NCBI RefSeq assembly: GCF_006345805.1
Contig: NC_042998.1
Location: 17,360,001 to 17,424,000 of the forward strand
Length of the DNA stretch: 64,000 nucleotides
Reading direction: 5' to 3'
Source: Octopus sinensis
Taxonomy: Eukaryota
The number at the start of each line of letters is the position of its first letter. The first letter of the stretch is position 1. The notes beneath the pieces are model-generated. The model made no database searches and was not told the DNA's origin. It saw nothing but the letters and a program-made list of their open reading frames with translations. Below, one piece after another: positions 50,300 through 63,473 of the stretch. The position numbers were made by a program, and so were the translations under genes.

Positions 50300-50787
50300 G
50301 GGCATTACTATACATAAATGTCTCACGCTAAGAGGGACTCTTAAAGTCAAAACTACCGTAATAAACACATTGTACCTAACGCGATGGAATAAAACTCTCG
50401 AAAGGAGCCTTTAAAACCAGGTTCAGCTGCAGATCATATGCTTTCATAATTAGTGCACAAAATGCACATTTTAATCGTCAGTTCAAGCATAATCACCACA
50501 TAAAAATGAGCAAAAACATCAACATACCAGTCGAACACCAAATGTATCCAGCATAGTACACAGAATTGTTCACACTTATATATCTATGTAAGATGCGGGA
50601 TTTTCGAACTGCATCTCGGTACACGTGTTAATTCAGAATAAAATTCAGCAATGAATATATTCCGGTTAAATTTGCATTTGAAAAATAGGATAAAGTCTTT
50701 ATAAGATTTCGGTACAATGTGTTTATTATGGTAGCTTTGACTTCAAATGTCCTTCCTAGCGTGAGGCATTTATGTATAGTAATGCCC
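50300..50787. mobile_element. MITE, 77-bp TIRs, TTAA target-site duplication (Kolobok-like termini)
   Basis: TTAA|gggcattactatacataaatg...ttgtacc and ggtacaa...atttatgtatagtaatgccc|TTAA. Confidence 0.88.
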
Positions 50788-51928
50788 TTAATATACATAA
50801 ATATATTTAAAAGGAATAATTAATTTTTCCCTTACAAGGTTTTTCACGCTAACTACTTGATAAATTCTTATAAAGATTTTATATATATATATTATTAAAG
50901 GTCTAAATATATATATATATAGATATAGATATATATATGGATATACATATAGATATAGAAGTGTATTCAGAGGTAATGCGGTACGATCGTTTCATGCAAC
51001 TCCATCTAATTGAACAATGCAAGCATTACTTCAATTTAAAATGCAGAGCAATCTTCAGCTGCACAAAGTCATAGAATTCTATTAAATTAGAACATATGGA
51101 CACATTAGTATAATTATACCTAAAATCTCCAACAAATTAAGGAGAAAGACGAAGAACATGCTGTTCTTACTCCATGTTTATATATATATATATACATACA
51201 CACACAGACAAACACACACACACGCACAAACACACACACACATCTATTTATATATATATATAAACTGATTAGGACTATACGTCCGATTAGCAGATCTGCT
51301 TAGTCACCTACATAACCGAGTACAATATTAGGCATGAAACTGATAGTACCTTTCTGAATGGCCACACAGTCAGGGACAGTTTCACATAAATGCTACATAG
51401 AGAACCGTAACTGCGATCTAATAGTTTCTGTTTTCTAGCCTAATGATCATTGCCTACCACTCGCAGTAGTAAAGCAGATACTATTCACATAGCTGGCAAG
51501 TCTTCCTACACGGAATCAAAAATATAGTGTGTGCCATATGTACACACAAATATATGTACAATAATAATTCCTTCACCATGCAGACACACATACACATACA
51601 TGCACACAAATATGCATACATTTATATGGATGCATGCGATGAGTGGGATAATGCGTATTATTAATTACGTTTAAATCTTTGTATTTGCTTTCTTTTCATT
51701 CTAAATTTTGAATTCAATTATATAATCTACGTTTTTTCAAAATATTATATTCAAGCGTATCACTAAAATCGCTGACGTTATTGTGTATGAAGAAAAATAT
51801 ATCAGATTCTTCGTTTCTTTTCATTCGGCTGGATTCAAAGTTAAAATGAAACGGCATTACATGGTTATCAGTATTACAATATTTGCATTATACAATTTCT
51901 AAGAATTAATGAAAAATAAAATCGTTGC

Positions 51929-51997
<69 letters not shown>

Positions 51998-52419
51998 TTT
52001 GTGTGTGTGTATGTATATATGTATATATATATATATACATGCATACATACATAATTATATGTATGTATATATATGTGTGTTTCTATGCGTATTTCCTGGC
52101 GAATACCACAAGTTATACATACAAAGAATACATTTTGTGAGGCACTAAAGGATAAACCAATGCGTTATTTTACATAAGACATGTTATTTTTTTAAACGAA
52201 AATTTTATTGTTGAATATTACAATTAATACATAACATGAGATTCAAAATTATAAATCATAAAAATAACAGTGTACTTGCTTATCATCTTTGTTTTAGTGC
52301 TACAGTTCCTCTTGTATAAAACATTTTCCATGAGATTATTATCGATTTTGTATTAATGTAACATATCTTTATTTCGTATTATTTTAGAGAATTTCAGGAT
52401 TTGACCAGCCAGAATAGTT

Positions 52420-52610
52420 AGCACACCGAGCAAAATATTTAGCGGTATTTCGTCCGTCTTTACGTTCTCCAATTCAGATTCCCCCGAGGGCGACGTTGTC
52501 ATTCCGAATTTTGGGATCAATCAATTAAATGCCAGTTACCAACTGAGGTCGATGTAATCCACCAGCTCCCATCCACAAAGTTAAGCCGTTGTGCCTATAG
52601 TGGAAATGAT
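52420..52610 (+). mobile_element. SINE family A, degenerate
   Basis: cagaatagttagcacaccgagcaaaatatttagcggtatttcgtccg...gccgttgtgcctatagtgga. Confidence 0.75.
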
Positions 52611-53170
52611 CACTTAGAGAATTTATTAGATCACCTTTACCAAATGGATCGCATGCTCTGTGGTCAGGCTCCATATTTACTGTATCCTGTCAGTGTCAGT
52701 TGGTGTGAAAAAATTGTAATTTCATTCTGTTCATGAAGTATTGCATTATTATAGGTCTGTTGATAGAAACATCCTAATGTTTCATTCTAGAAGTCAGATT
52801 GCGATGAAATATTGCTACTTGTGTACTAGAGTCAACAAAGCAGTATTCCATCTTTTCTGCCTAAACTAATACAAAACATATATGAGAATTATACAGCAGT
52901 ACACAATATGAATTGAGCAGCCAAGCTGACTACACTTCGACACTATAAGTCAAAGGGAATGGTGCATTATGAAATAGGAGAACGAGCTTTTATAGTTATC
53001 GTTTTCAAATAAGGACTTAATGAAATATATACAGGAATGTTATTATTTCATTTCTGACACAGAAAATTTTTTTTTATATCTGCCAAGTTGTATTTTAGAT
53101 AGCTTTCTTGAGGATCTTCTTTAAATAAGATTTGAATTAGGAAGTGGGTATTCTAGGGATACAGGGGGGT

Positions 53171-53530
53171 GGAATTCAATGAAGTCTGAAAAATTTATAA
53201 AAGTCTGAATTTCATTTTTAGTACTCATAACAATTGACAAAAACTTTGAGGAATAAAGTATATATATTATAGTGAGAAGTCACTAACGCACACCGATGCT
53301 TACACTTGTAAGCGCTGTGCAGTTGCACACGATCAGATTGATGCACCATTAACAGTCGGCCTACTCATGAAATTCCATATGGTTACCAAGGTAGAAAGTG
53401 ATTTAAAACAATAAAATTAAACTCCCTTACACAGTGGAATGGAATTCAATGAAGTTTGAGTAAGTTATAAAAGTCTGAATTTCAGTTAAATTTAGTACTA
53501 ATAATTGACAAAAACCTTGAGGAATAAAGA
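53171..53530. repeat. Direct repeat of about 92 bp (53171-53262, 53438-53530), each copy followed by TA-rich sequence
   Basis: ggaattcaatgaagt..ttataaaagtctgaatttca..ttgacaaaaac.ttgaggaataaag in both. Confidence 0.85.
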
Positions 53531-53542
53531 ATATATAATATA

Positions 53543-53625
<83 letters not shown>

Positions 53626-54267
53626 GAAGAGTATAATGTATATATATATATGTATGTGCATGTTTGTGTGTGCTTGTGTGTGTATGTGTATGTGTATGTA
53701 CATGTGTATGTATATATATATACACACACATACATATATGTTTATTTATATATATATATATACATAATTATATATGAATATATATGTACACATATATGCA
53801 TATGGGGACATAATGCGCACGCTTGTGCGAATGTGTACAGCGTTTCATGTAAGGTTGCAGAGGAAGTTGTATAATTACATGGAAAGCAATTTACTCGCAG
53901 ACAGCTAAAATATAATCTAATACGAGCTCTTTGAAGCTAACTTTCTACCTTGCCAAGTATTCTACTTTCCAAATATGGTAAAGAATATATTCCAAGTACA
54001 TCGCTGCAGCAGTGCAACAGTATTAATTATTGAGTATCTACTATACAGATGATAAATTAAATATAGATTGTCCAAATCAAACCTCCGAAACTTTGATTAT
54101 CTTTTAATTTATTCCATTGCTTTTAATATTCTAGCCGAAAATTCACCAAATTACTAAAAGTTTAAAATTTCAAAAATGCAATATTGATTAAATACAGTGA
54201 GCTACATGCTTAATTGTATGCAAATTATGTCGACATATTCTATAATTTGTCGATAGCAGTTTTTCAG

Positions 54268-54357
54268 GTTTAGATAAAATACTAAGATTCTGGTTAGAAC
54301 AATTATACCAAGAAGTGTATGTCGAAACGCCCATTCTGACCATGAGAGATATTCCAC
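54268..54357 (+). CDS. Candidate 90-nt exon, unidentified (xLDKILRFWLEQLYQEVYVETPILTMRDIPx)
   Basis: gcagtttttcag| acceptor, |gtaata donor, phase 1-1, protein-like composition. Confidence 0.35.
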
Positions 54358-54779
54358 GTAATACCTTTAGAATATATGCAATATAAGACATCATGCTTCA
54401 ATGTATTAAAACTGGCTGCATTAAAGCAAAAGCATCAGTTGAAAAGATCGTACTTCGAAATGAATATTCCATCATTATTTCTAAGAAATTAAATAATAAA
54501 TTTCATAGTAAGGTTAGAAACCGAAATATTTAACTCTTCGCGCAAACGTAATATCTCATAAGCAAAGCGTTACTTACATTCGCCTTTTTGAATTATAACT
54601 TTTTCTAAGCGGCTGAGTATTTGTTCTGGAATTCTCGTATTTTTATGTCATAATTTTAGTGATATGACTGGTGATATTGAGCAGATGACTGTGCGTTCAT
54701 ATACGCAATTATGATTCACATTATAGGTAACTAAAATTACATAATTGTATAAATCAGATTAAAAGAATATACGTAGATC

Positions 54780-55490
54780 AATAGAACAGCCTGCTAGTGA
54801 AATTAATGTACATGTGGCTGAGCACTCCACAGACCTATGTACCCTTTACGAAGTTGATGAGGAGATTCAGCGTGACACAGCGTGTGAAAAGGCTGGCTCT
54901 GTAAAATACAAGTTTTACCCATATTTACCAGCTGACTGAACTGGAGGAACGTGAAAGAGTCCAGAAGCTGGCTACCCGCATGGTTCTTGGTCTCAAGCAT
55001 TTGTCTTATGAAGAAAGGCTGAAGACGCTCGACTTTTATTCTCTAGAAAAACGACGCCGCCGTGGTGATCACATTCTTGCTCACAACATCATAAGCGGAA
55101 GGTGTAAACTCTCGAAAGAGCTGTTCTTCACTCCTGCTCCAGAGCGTCGGCTACGGGGTCACTCCAAAAAGCTCTGTCTGCGGCGATTTCATCTCAATCG
55201 AATCCGTGGAATAAGCTGCCGGACGAGATAGTGAAGAAGCCGACGATCGCTCGTTTCAAAGTCTCTCTTGACCAGAAATGGACTGAACTCTTTGCATGAA
55301 CACCCTCCCTGTATATAACTCCATGTCCCCCTACATGGCCTTGCTTTTTGCTTTTTGAGCCAAAAAATTAACTTAACTTAACTATAAAATGTCTTGCTCA
55401 GGGAAACAACGTGTCACCGGGAATTGAACTCACAAACTAATCGTGGTGAGCTGAATACTCTTATCAGAAATCCAGGCGCGTTCACACACA
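54780..55490 (-). mobile_element. SINE family C-related copy split by a CR1-like insertion
   Basis: Family C domain at 54780-54957 resumes as aaaatgtcttgctcaggg..gggaattgaactc at 55384-55490. Confidence 0.75.
54958..55383 (+). mobile_element. CR1/L2-group LINE 3' fragment with (ACTTA)n tail
   Basis: RVQKLATRMVLGLKHLSYEERLKTLDFYSLEKRRRRGDHI..RLRGHSKKL. Confidence 0.9.
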
Positions 55491-56119
55491 CATATATGCG
55501 TGTGTGCTCCCCTCTATGTTTAGCCCCTTGAGGGCATTAAGAAATAAATATATGTGTGCGTGTGTGTGTATGTGTATATGCGTATGTGTGCGTTGGTGAA
55601 GTGTGTGTGTGTGTGTAGGCGCATGGAATACATGTGGAGTATTTTCCTCCTAATTAAAATAAACTTCGTACATTAAAGCCATGTATTTACTGTTTTTTTA
55701 AAAATATTTATGAAGTGAAGTGTATTTTGTAATTGTAAGTTTTTGATCGTATATATAATTTTCATTTTGTGATTGTGAATAAACTCATTTCTTGCTGGTA
55801 TTATTCTGTTTTGTAATTTTAAATGGATAAACAATATATATAAAACAGAAAGACTTCTAACATAAATGGAATTATTTATCTCTGCTGTTGTCAATTTCTA
55901 TTGATCTGAGATTTGATATACCTTACATGGTCGCGTCCATTTTCCCCCAGCAACATGGAATGACTGTCACCGAGAAATCTCAGTCGTAGAGCAGAACAAT
56001 GTCACTTTCGATAGCAGGACAAACGTGATATTGTGTATTTATATTACACGGGTATACCATTTGAGACTGCGCTTATTTCAATCCATCAGCTGGCAAGTCA
56101 TGTTCACCACAGATATAGT

Positions 56120-56680
56120 TACGTTGTATTGTATTGTATTGGCATCCTTTCTGTCTCGGGAGACAATGGAGTTGCGCATGGTTTTTTTTTTGGGGTTTTT
56201 TTTTGTAGTCTAGTCCGGCTTTTATATTTCATGTCCTGATACATTTCCTGCTGTGGCTGTGTAGCTCTATCCTGGACAAACACTCCCTCTGGCAGATACC
56301 ACAAATGTAGTGAAGACTGTGCCTGGCTGGTTGTAGTGCCATAGTCTCTTGTTTACGTCTCTTCCTTTCTTTCCATTTCTCCTCTCTCTCTCTGTCACTC
56401 TTTTGTATTCCCTCTTTTACTGTACGTCGCCATTCTCCACGATTGCCGGCAACTGCCTCCCAACCGCTAATATTGATGTTGCAGGCCTTCATATCCCTTT
56501 TGCAAACATCCCTGTAACGTAAGATCGGTCTACCCACAGACCTAGTACCCCTAGCAAGCTCTCCGTAGAGTATGTCCTTGGGGATTCTGCCATCTTTCAT
56601 ACGGCTAACATGCCCAAGCCATCTCATACGTCTTTGTGTGAGGAGGGCAAACATGCTTGGTATTACGTTGTATAGCACAT
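56120..56680 (-). mobile_element. RTE-clade LINE 3' fragment with (CAATA)n tail
   Basis: QRRMRWLGHVSRMKDGRIPKDILYGEL..GRPILRYRDVCKRDMK..CGICQRECLSRIELHSHSRKC. Confidence 0.92.
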
Positions 56681-57107
56681 CTATAATTAGTGCCTACACA
56701 TATTGTCATTGCCATCTTACATAAGTCTCTCCTACCAAACATGTAGAAGATAGCTACGAGGAAATGTAATTGCATTTCATGTTTTATTGCGCTTTTCAAA
56801 AAATTTCTGACTCTCAAAATAACTTCTTTATATAGAAATAAAAATGATTTGTATATCTATACTATGACACTGCCATAGCTATAAGCTAATTAATAGTCAA
56901 CCGGAAGATGCTACTGGAGGCTATTTTCGAAAACGATATCACCCTGTTGCATTCTGATTTTTACCTGTCCCCAAATTTTCTATCTTAGAATAGTAATACT
57001 TATTAAATTAGATTAGTCTAAACACACACTTACACACACATGTGTATATGTATTTATGTATAAACACACACACACACTCACGTGTATGTATATTTTATTC
57101 TGTCATT

Positions 57108-57287
57108 CCTTTATTTGTTTCAGTCATTTGTATGCTGGTGTGTTTCCGTCCCCTTCTGCAAAAGAGACCGACAGAATAATGATTGTACTTACGAAGAATA
57201 GGTCCTGGGGTCGATTTGCTCGACAATAGGCGGTGCTCCAGCATGGCCGCAGTCAAATAACTGAAATAAGTAAAAGAATAAAAGAAT
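57108..57287 (+). mobile_element. SINE family B 3' half, preceded by an inverted copy of its own tail
   Basis: tttgtttcagtcatttg then gctggtgtgttt...catggccgcagtcaaataactgaaataag. Confidence 0.8.
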
Positions 57288-58381
57288 ACCTCTGAAAGCT
57301 TAGGTAAACTTCGTCACTCTCTCTCTCTCTCTCTCTCTCTCTCCTCACCACACAAAAATAAAACGCATTAGTTACCTGATTTCGGCGCCAAAATTGCAAA
57401 TGGAAAATGGATTTGTCTTTCAAATTTCTTCTGTAATCTGGGATTATTGTATATTATATATATTATATCCAGTGATTTAAAGGGGTATGAAAACGATGTT
57501 TTAATATTATACTTTACCTGTTTCACACGCATACACAAACTCTAACGTTTTTAATTAGATAAATTTTGTATCATGTTTTATCAGTCTTTATCTCTCCATA
57601 GGCTTCGTTACCACTAACTTCTATAACCTCTGCATTTTCCAGTTATTCTTTTCAAACTTATTTGAATTTTCAATCCAATGTAAATCCTCATTCTCTCGAA
57701 AACGTATTTATTCAAAAATATTTTTTAATTTCTGAGGGTTCAACCCCATTCCGTTTTCCAGATGAACAGGGTTTTGTTGCATACTAGGTGGTCACGTAAT
57801 TCATTCAACAACAAAAATCCAGTGATTTCGGAATATGGGGGTTCCAGATTCCCATCCACCCCTTTTTTCCGAATAAAATGAGGGGCTTGCGGCATATTAG
57901 GAGGTCAAGGTACTTGATTCCACGCAAAAAATCCGAGTTTTATTTTTTCTTATTGAAAATCGTGCGGGTGAAAATTTCGAAATTTACCGAAATATCGAAG
58001 TCACTGAATTTTCCTTTTAAAATTTAAGAAATATATATTCAACTATAAATTATTGATGTAAACATCAGTTGAGTGATAGAATTGTTTTACACGCAGCTGG
58101 ATAAGAGCATACCTGTAAATCTCTCTCGATCTCTCTGTATTTATATGTATAAAATTAAATTCTCAGTATCCGATGTAAACAAGGTAATTAAAAAACAGAA
58201 GAACCAGGGTAGAGTCGGGGATAGTGCATATGTGCACTGACAATGTGTACGGATAGACATGTGCTTACTGAAGTAAATACGGATTTGACCCATAAGTTAT
58301 GCACACATCCAGAAATGTTGCTCAAATACACAACTTGTACTCAAAGTCACACAGGAATACATTTCGGCTCGTATTTCACAG

Positions 58382-58426
58382 TCGACTATAGTCTCAAAAT
58401 CCTACGCGGGGAAGGATCCGAGTGTG
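58382..58426 (+). CDS. Candidate 45-nt exon, unidentified (xDYSLKILRGEGSECx or STIVSKSYAGKDPSV)
   Basis: ctcgtatttcacag| and |gtgagt. Confidence 0.3.
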
Positions 58427-58430
58427 GTGA

Positions 58431-58814
58431 GTATAAAGGATAACACAGATGGATCGAGGTTCACTGCAGCTGCTTCGGTCTGATCCTTTTTATTAATAAA
58501 CAAAATATTATATCATGTAAAAATACGGTTTTTTTCAGGTGAAGTATAAGTAAAATTTAACATTTAGGAATTTTCACAAAAATAGAACATAATGTACCTC
58601 CCACCTTGGTTACAGCCGGCTCTCTCATCTGTAACCAAGATGGGAGGGTCAATATGCGTTACGTTCTATCGATGTGAAGATTCCTAAATGTTAAATTTTC
58701 CTCTTACATAACCTGAAGAAAACGGTTGCTTTACAATAAGTTTTGTTCATCAATAAAAGAACACGTCTGAAACAGATGTGGTGAACCTCAACCCATGTCT
58801 TATTGCTTATATAC
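58431..58814. mobile_element. About 385-bp foldback (MITE-like) with 13-nt loop
   Basis: Inner stem cctcccaccttggttacag / ctgtaaccaagatgggagg (18/19); imperfect pairing continues to both ends. Confidence 0.8.
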
Positions 58815-58923
58815 ATACATAAATACATATGTATATGTGTGTATGTGTGAGTATATTAAAAAATTATAAGGAGGTACGCGCCAAGATAATATATTTCTTT
58901 AATTTCGTTTCTGAAATATACAT

Positions 58924-59234
<311 letters not shown>

Positions 59235-59564
59235 TATATATATATATATATAAATTCGTTTCTGAAATATACATATATATACTGATTTTTTTTAACGAGA
59301 TGGTCATGTTTTTTGGTGGGTTTTTTTCCCAGTTAAGCACACGCACTATATATATTCGTTATTCCCCCCAGCTTTATTATTGAAGTAATGAACGAATACA
59401 TAGTGCGTCTGTTTATTTGACAACAAAAAAATGACCATCCCGAAATATAACAACATCTATTTCAACACACAATTTCACATCAGTAATCTTGAAAAAACAA
59501 ATATATAGACCTATACACACACACGTGACACACACACACACACACACACACAACACACACATAC

Positions 59565-59625
<61 letters not shown>

Positions 59626-59658
59626 CAGATGCATAATATATATATATAGGTATGTATG

Positions 59659-59705
<47 letters not shown>

Positions 59706-59961
59706 CAAATATATTCATGCATATATACATGTATTCATGCCTCAGGTGATATCAAGTGCTAAATATTTTTTATTTATTTACTTATATATTTAAGACTAAA
59801 GTTCTCTACCGTTGTATTTTCAAGAACTGTATTGAAGGTACTTGAGCGGGAACGTTTCTTTGACAAGGAACAAATTACATTACATTGAAGAATATCCGAA
59901 CAAAATCGCTCCAAAATTACGAATTCTGCATTTGTGGGATTACACTCCCTCACCAGTACTT

Positions 59962-60660
59962 GAAGCTTTTAGAACTATTGAAACAGTATCGGAAGGAATA
60001 TATTATGAATTGTACTTTAACTGCTCGTTTTAGAAAGATTAATTTATGTCACATTGTCCTCAATGTACCATATCAAATCAAGAATATTTATTATATTCCA
60101 ACTCCCAATGATAATAATAGGTATTTTTTTTATGTGAAGTATACCAGTTTACCAAACAATACGCTCCTCGAAACTTATAAAGGTTTTCTTTCATTTATTA
60201 TATATGCGTTGCAGGTAGACGATTTATTGAATTAATGATTGACATGTGAATATTATTTTCAATACTGGATTGAATTCAGAATTTAAAAAAACTCTGTAGA
60301 ATACTATAAAAGAGTATGCTAGATATTTGCCAATTTCGGCGTGATTTTCGCACATTATTACTCACTTTTTTCTTCATAAAGTGAAGTATATCAACTTTCA
60401 CTACTGTTGATATACAGGGGTTCATCTAGAGATGCATACAATTTTAGCTTCTTTCCGCGAATAGAAAATAAAAAAGAGAGTTGATAATATCATTGACATG
60501 AAATCATAGAACGAGTAATCAGATATAGACTTTTAGAAGTATTGAAACAATATTGGAAAGAATATATTATCAGTGGAATTTTAACTGTTCCTTTAAGAGA
60601 GACTAAGTTATATCACATTGTCCTCAACGTATTATTTCGAATCAAGAATATCTATTCCAG
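59962..60660. repeat. Diverged direct repeat of about 135 bp (59962-60100, 60528-60660)
   Basis: cttttagaa.tattgaaaca.tat.ggaa.gaatatattat...tcacattgtcctcaa.gta...aatcaagaatat in both. Confidence 0.8.
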
Positions 60661-60802
60661 TATTTAACCCACCAAAATATTCTACGAAATTATTAAACAT
60701 CTTTTGAATCCTGGCACAATACGAAACATGAAATTATTTAAACTCGTAGTGCGAAGTATTCATGGAGCAATAATTACCCTACATACGCCCACGCGTGTGA
60801 GC

Positions 60803-60854
<52 letters not shown>

Positions 60855-60933
60855 GGGAAACACTGAGAAAATGTTAAAAATCCGACAAAATTTTCTGTAT
60901 CAAAAATAGAAATAGAACTATATGTTTCCACAG

Positions 60934-60993
60934 AATGAATGTTTAGATTTATCATACTTGAACAGAAATTGTATTGATATACGTATTCTTCAG
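60934..60993 (+). CDS. Candidate 60-nt exon, unidentified (NECLDLSYLNRNCIDIRILQ)
   Basis: tatgtttccacag| and CAG|gtgagt; only the phase-0 frame is open. Confidence 0.4.
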
Positions 60994-61317
60994 GTGAGTT
61001 TGGCGTATATAATAGATATAAATATATATAATAAAGTTAGAAGGATGGAAGTGAACGATAAAAAGTCACATGTTGCTTCGAGGTTTTCTATCGAGAAAGT
61101 TTTGAGTATACATGTTTGAGTTCCGCGACTCAAAGGTTTCTGATATATATATGAATATAATTGAACTGGGTATGGTTTCGATAACTTCAATCTGAAAAAC
61201 TGATGTCACTTTTCCATATTTTTCCCTCATTTGAAACCTTGTAATTTAATCAGTAAAAATGTATATTGCGTATATTTGGAAAATAGGGGACATATATATA
61301 TATACGTAAATATATAT

Positions 61318-61488
61318 GTGCAGGAATGGCTGTGTGGTAAGTAGCTTGTTTACCAACCACATGGTTCCGGGTTCAGTCCCACTGCGTGGCACTTTTGGGC
61401 AAGTGTCTTCTACTATAGCCTCGGGCCGACCAAAGCCTTGTGAGTGGATTTGGTAGACGGAAACTGAAAGAAGCCCGTCGTATATATG

Positions 61489-61533
<45 letters not shown>

Positions 61534-61750
61534 TTGTGTGTCTGTGTTTGTCCCCCTAGCATTGCTTGACAACCGATGCTGGTGTGTTTATGTCCCCGTT
61601 ACTTAGCGGTTCGGCAAAAGAAACCGATAGAATAAGTACTGGGCTTACAAAAGAATAAGTCCCGGGGTCGAGTTGCTCGATTAAAGGTGGTGCTCCAGCA
61701 TGGCCGCAGTCAAATGACTGAAACAAGTAAAAGAGAAAAGAGAAAAGAGA
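61318..61750 (+). mobile_element. SINE family B, full length
   Basis: Complete head, microsatellite and tail. Confidence 0.95.
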
Positions 61751-61939
61751 GAAAGTGTGTCTGTGAGTAAACACATACATGCATATATATATATATAATA
61801 AAATATTAGGGAATAAATCCAAACTTAATTAATTTTATGTATTGGCTTAAGTTTTTCATTGTTTGATTTGCCTAATAGTGGTTTATCTCTAATTTAATAT
61901 AATATATATAAATATATATATACATATAATCAAAAGTCC

Positions 61940-62390
61940 CAGTTTTAACATCGCTCTAGGAGATCAACAAGTAAATATATTTGTAACCACTTCAAAACGG
62001 CTGTCCGTTCGGAAGGACTTTAGCGCGATATTTCATCCCCATGAGGATATCTGCTCTAGCTGGTTTACGATGCACAGCAACGTTCGAGATATTCTTTTCT
62101 ACTCTAAGCACAAGACCCAGAATTTTGGGGGTGAGGCTAGTCGATTAGATCAAGCTCAGTACGCAACGGGAACTTAATTTATCGATCCTGAAAGGATGAA
62201 AGGCAAAGTCAACCTCGGCGTAGCGGCAGACAAAATACCGTTAAACATTTTCCCCTGGCGTGCTAACGTTTCTGCCAGCGCGAGCAGGGGAGAAAGTACA
62301 ACTACCTTCTAGCGACGAGACCAGCAGGCCAGCCTGCATTCTAGCGTTTTCTGCTTCTCTTTAGTACTGGACACCTCGTCTGATAGAAGT
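61940..62390. mobile_element. Older copy of the 62413 MITE, interrupted by a SINE
   Basis: ccacttcaa..ggctgtccgttcg and ttctgcttctctt.agtactgg.cacctcgtctg shared with 62440-62705. Confidence 0.75.
62095..62283 (-). mobile_element. SINE family A, short-tail variant
   Basis: tttctactctaagcacaagacccagaattt...ctaacgtttctgccagc. Confidence 0.85.
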
Positions 62391-62412
62391 ATATATGTAT
62401 AAAATCAGTGAC

Positions 62413-62841
62413 ATACCGTCGCTGATTTTGCAACAAGCAAAAATGCTAGTTTTAAAATATCTCTAAGAGATCAACTCAGTAGTTGTACTAACAAGTAATG
62501 ATTCCAGCCACTTCAACATGGCTGTCCGTTCGAACGCACTTTATTGCGATATTTTAAACCCAAGAGGACATTTCTAGCTGCATAACGAAGCTCAGTTTCA
62601 TCCGAGATATTGCGAACAGGGAAGCGAAGCCCTACCACCTTATAGAGACGAAACTAGCAGACGAGCTATTTCTGCTTCTCTTCAGTACTGGGCACCTCGT
62701 CTGCTTGAGATAGCAGTAGCTCGCTTCTTGTAACGGTTCGCTCTCCTGCTCGCAATATCTCGGAAGCAGCTGTGCACCATTAACTTGCTAGAGAGATTCT
62801 AAAACTAGCATTTTTGCTTGTTGCAAAATCAGCGATTGTAT
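62413..62841. mobile_element. MITE-like element with about 50-bp TIRs
   Basis: cgctgattttgcaacaagcaaaaatgctagttttaaaatatctcta (62420) inverted against 62788-62834. Confidence 0.85.
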
Positions 62842-62861
62842 ATACATACATGCATACATAC

Positions 62862-62997
<136 letters not shown>

Positions 62998-63002
62998 GTA
63001 TA

Positions 63003-63422
63003 TTCTCTTTTACACTTTTACTCTGTTACTTGTTTCAGTCATTTGACAGTTCCCATGCTGGAGCACCGCCTTTAGTTGAGCAAATCAACCCCAGGACTTA
63101 TTCTTTGTAAGCTTAGTACTTATTCTATCGGGCTCTTTTGCCGAACCGCTAAGTTACGGGGACTTAAACACACCAGCATCGGTTGTCAAGCGATGTTGAG
63201 GGGACAAACACAGACACACAAACATACACACACACACACACACACACATATAATATATATATATATTATATATATATATATATATATACGACGGGCTTCT
63301 TTCAGTTTCCATCTACCAAATCCACTCACAAAGCTTTGGACGGCCCAGGCGCCACGCAGTGGGACTGAATCCGGAACCATATGGTCCGTAAGAAAGCTAC
63401 TTACCACACACCCACTTCTACG

Positions 63423-63423
<1 letters not shown>
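63003..63423 (-). mobile_element. SINE family B
   Basis: Reverse complement of family B. Confidence 0.9.
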
Positions 63424-63473
<50 letters not shown>

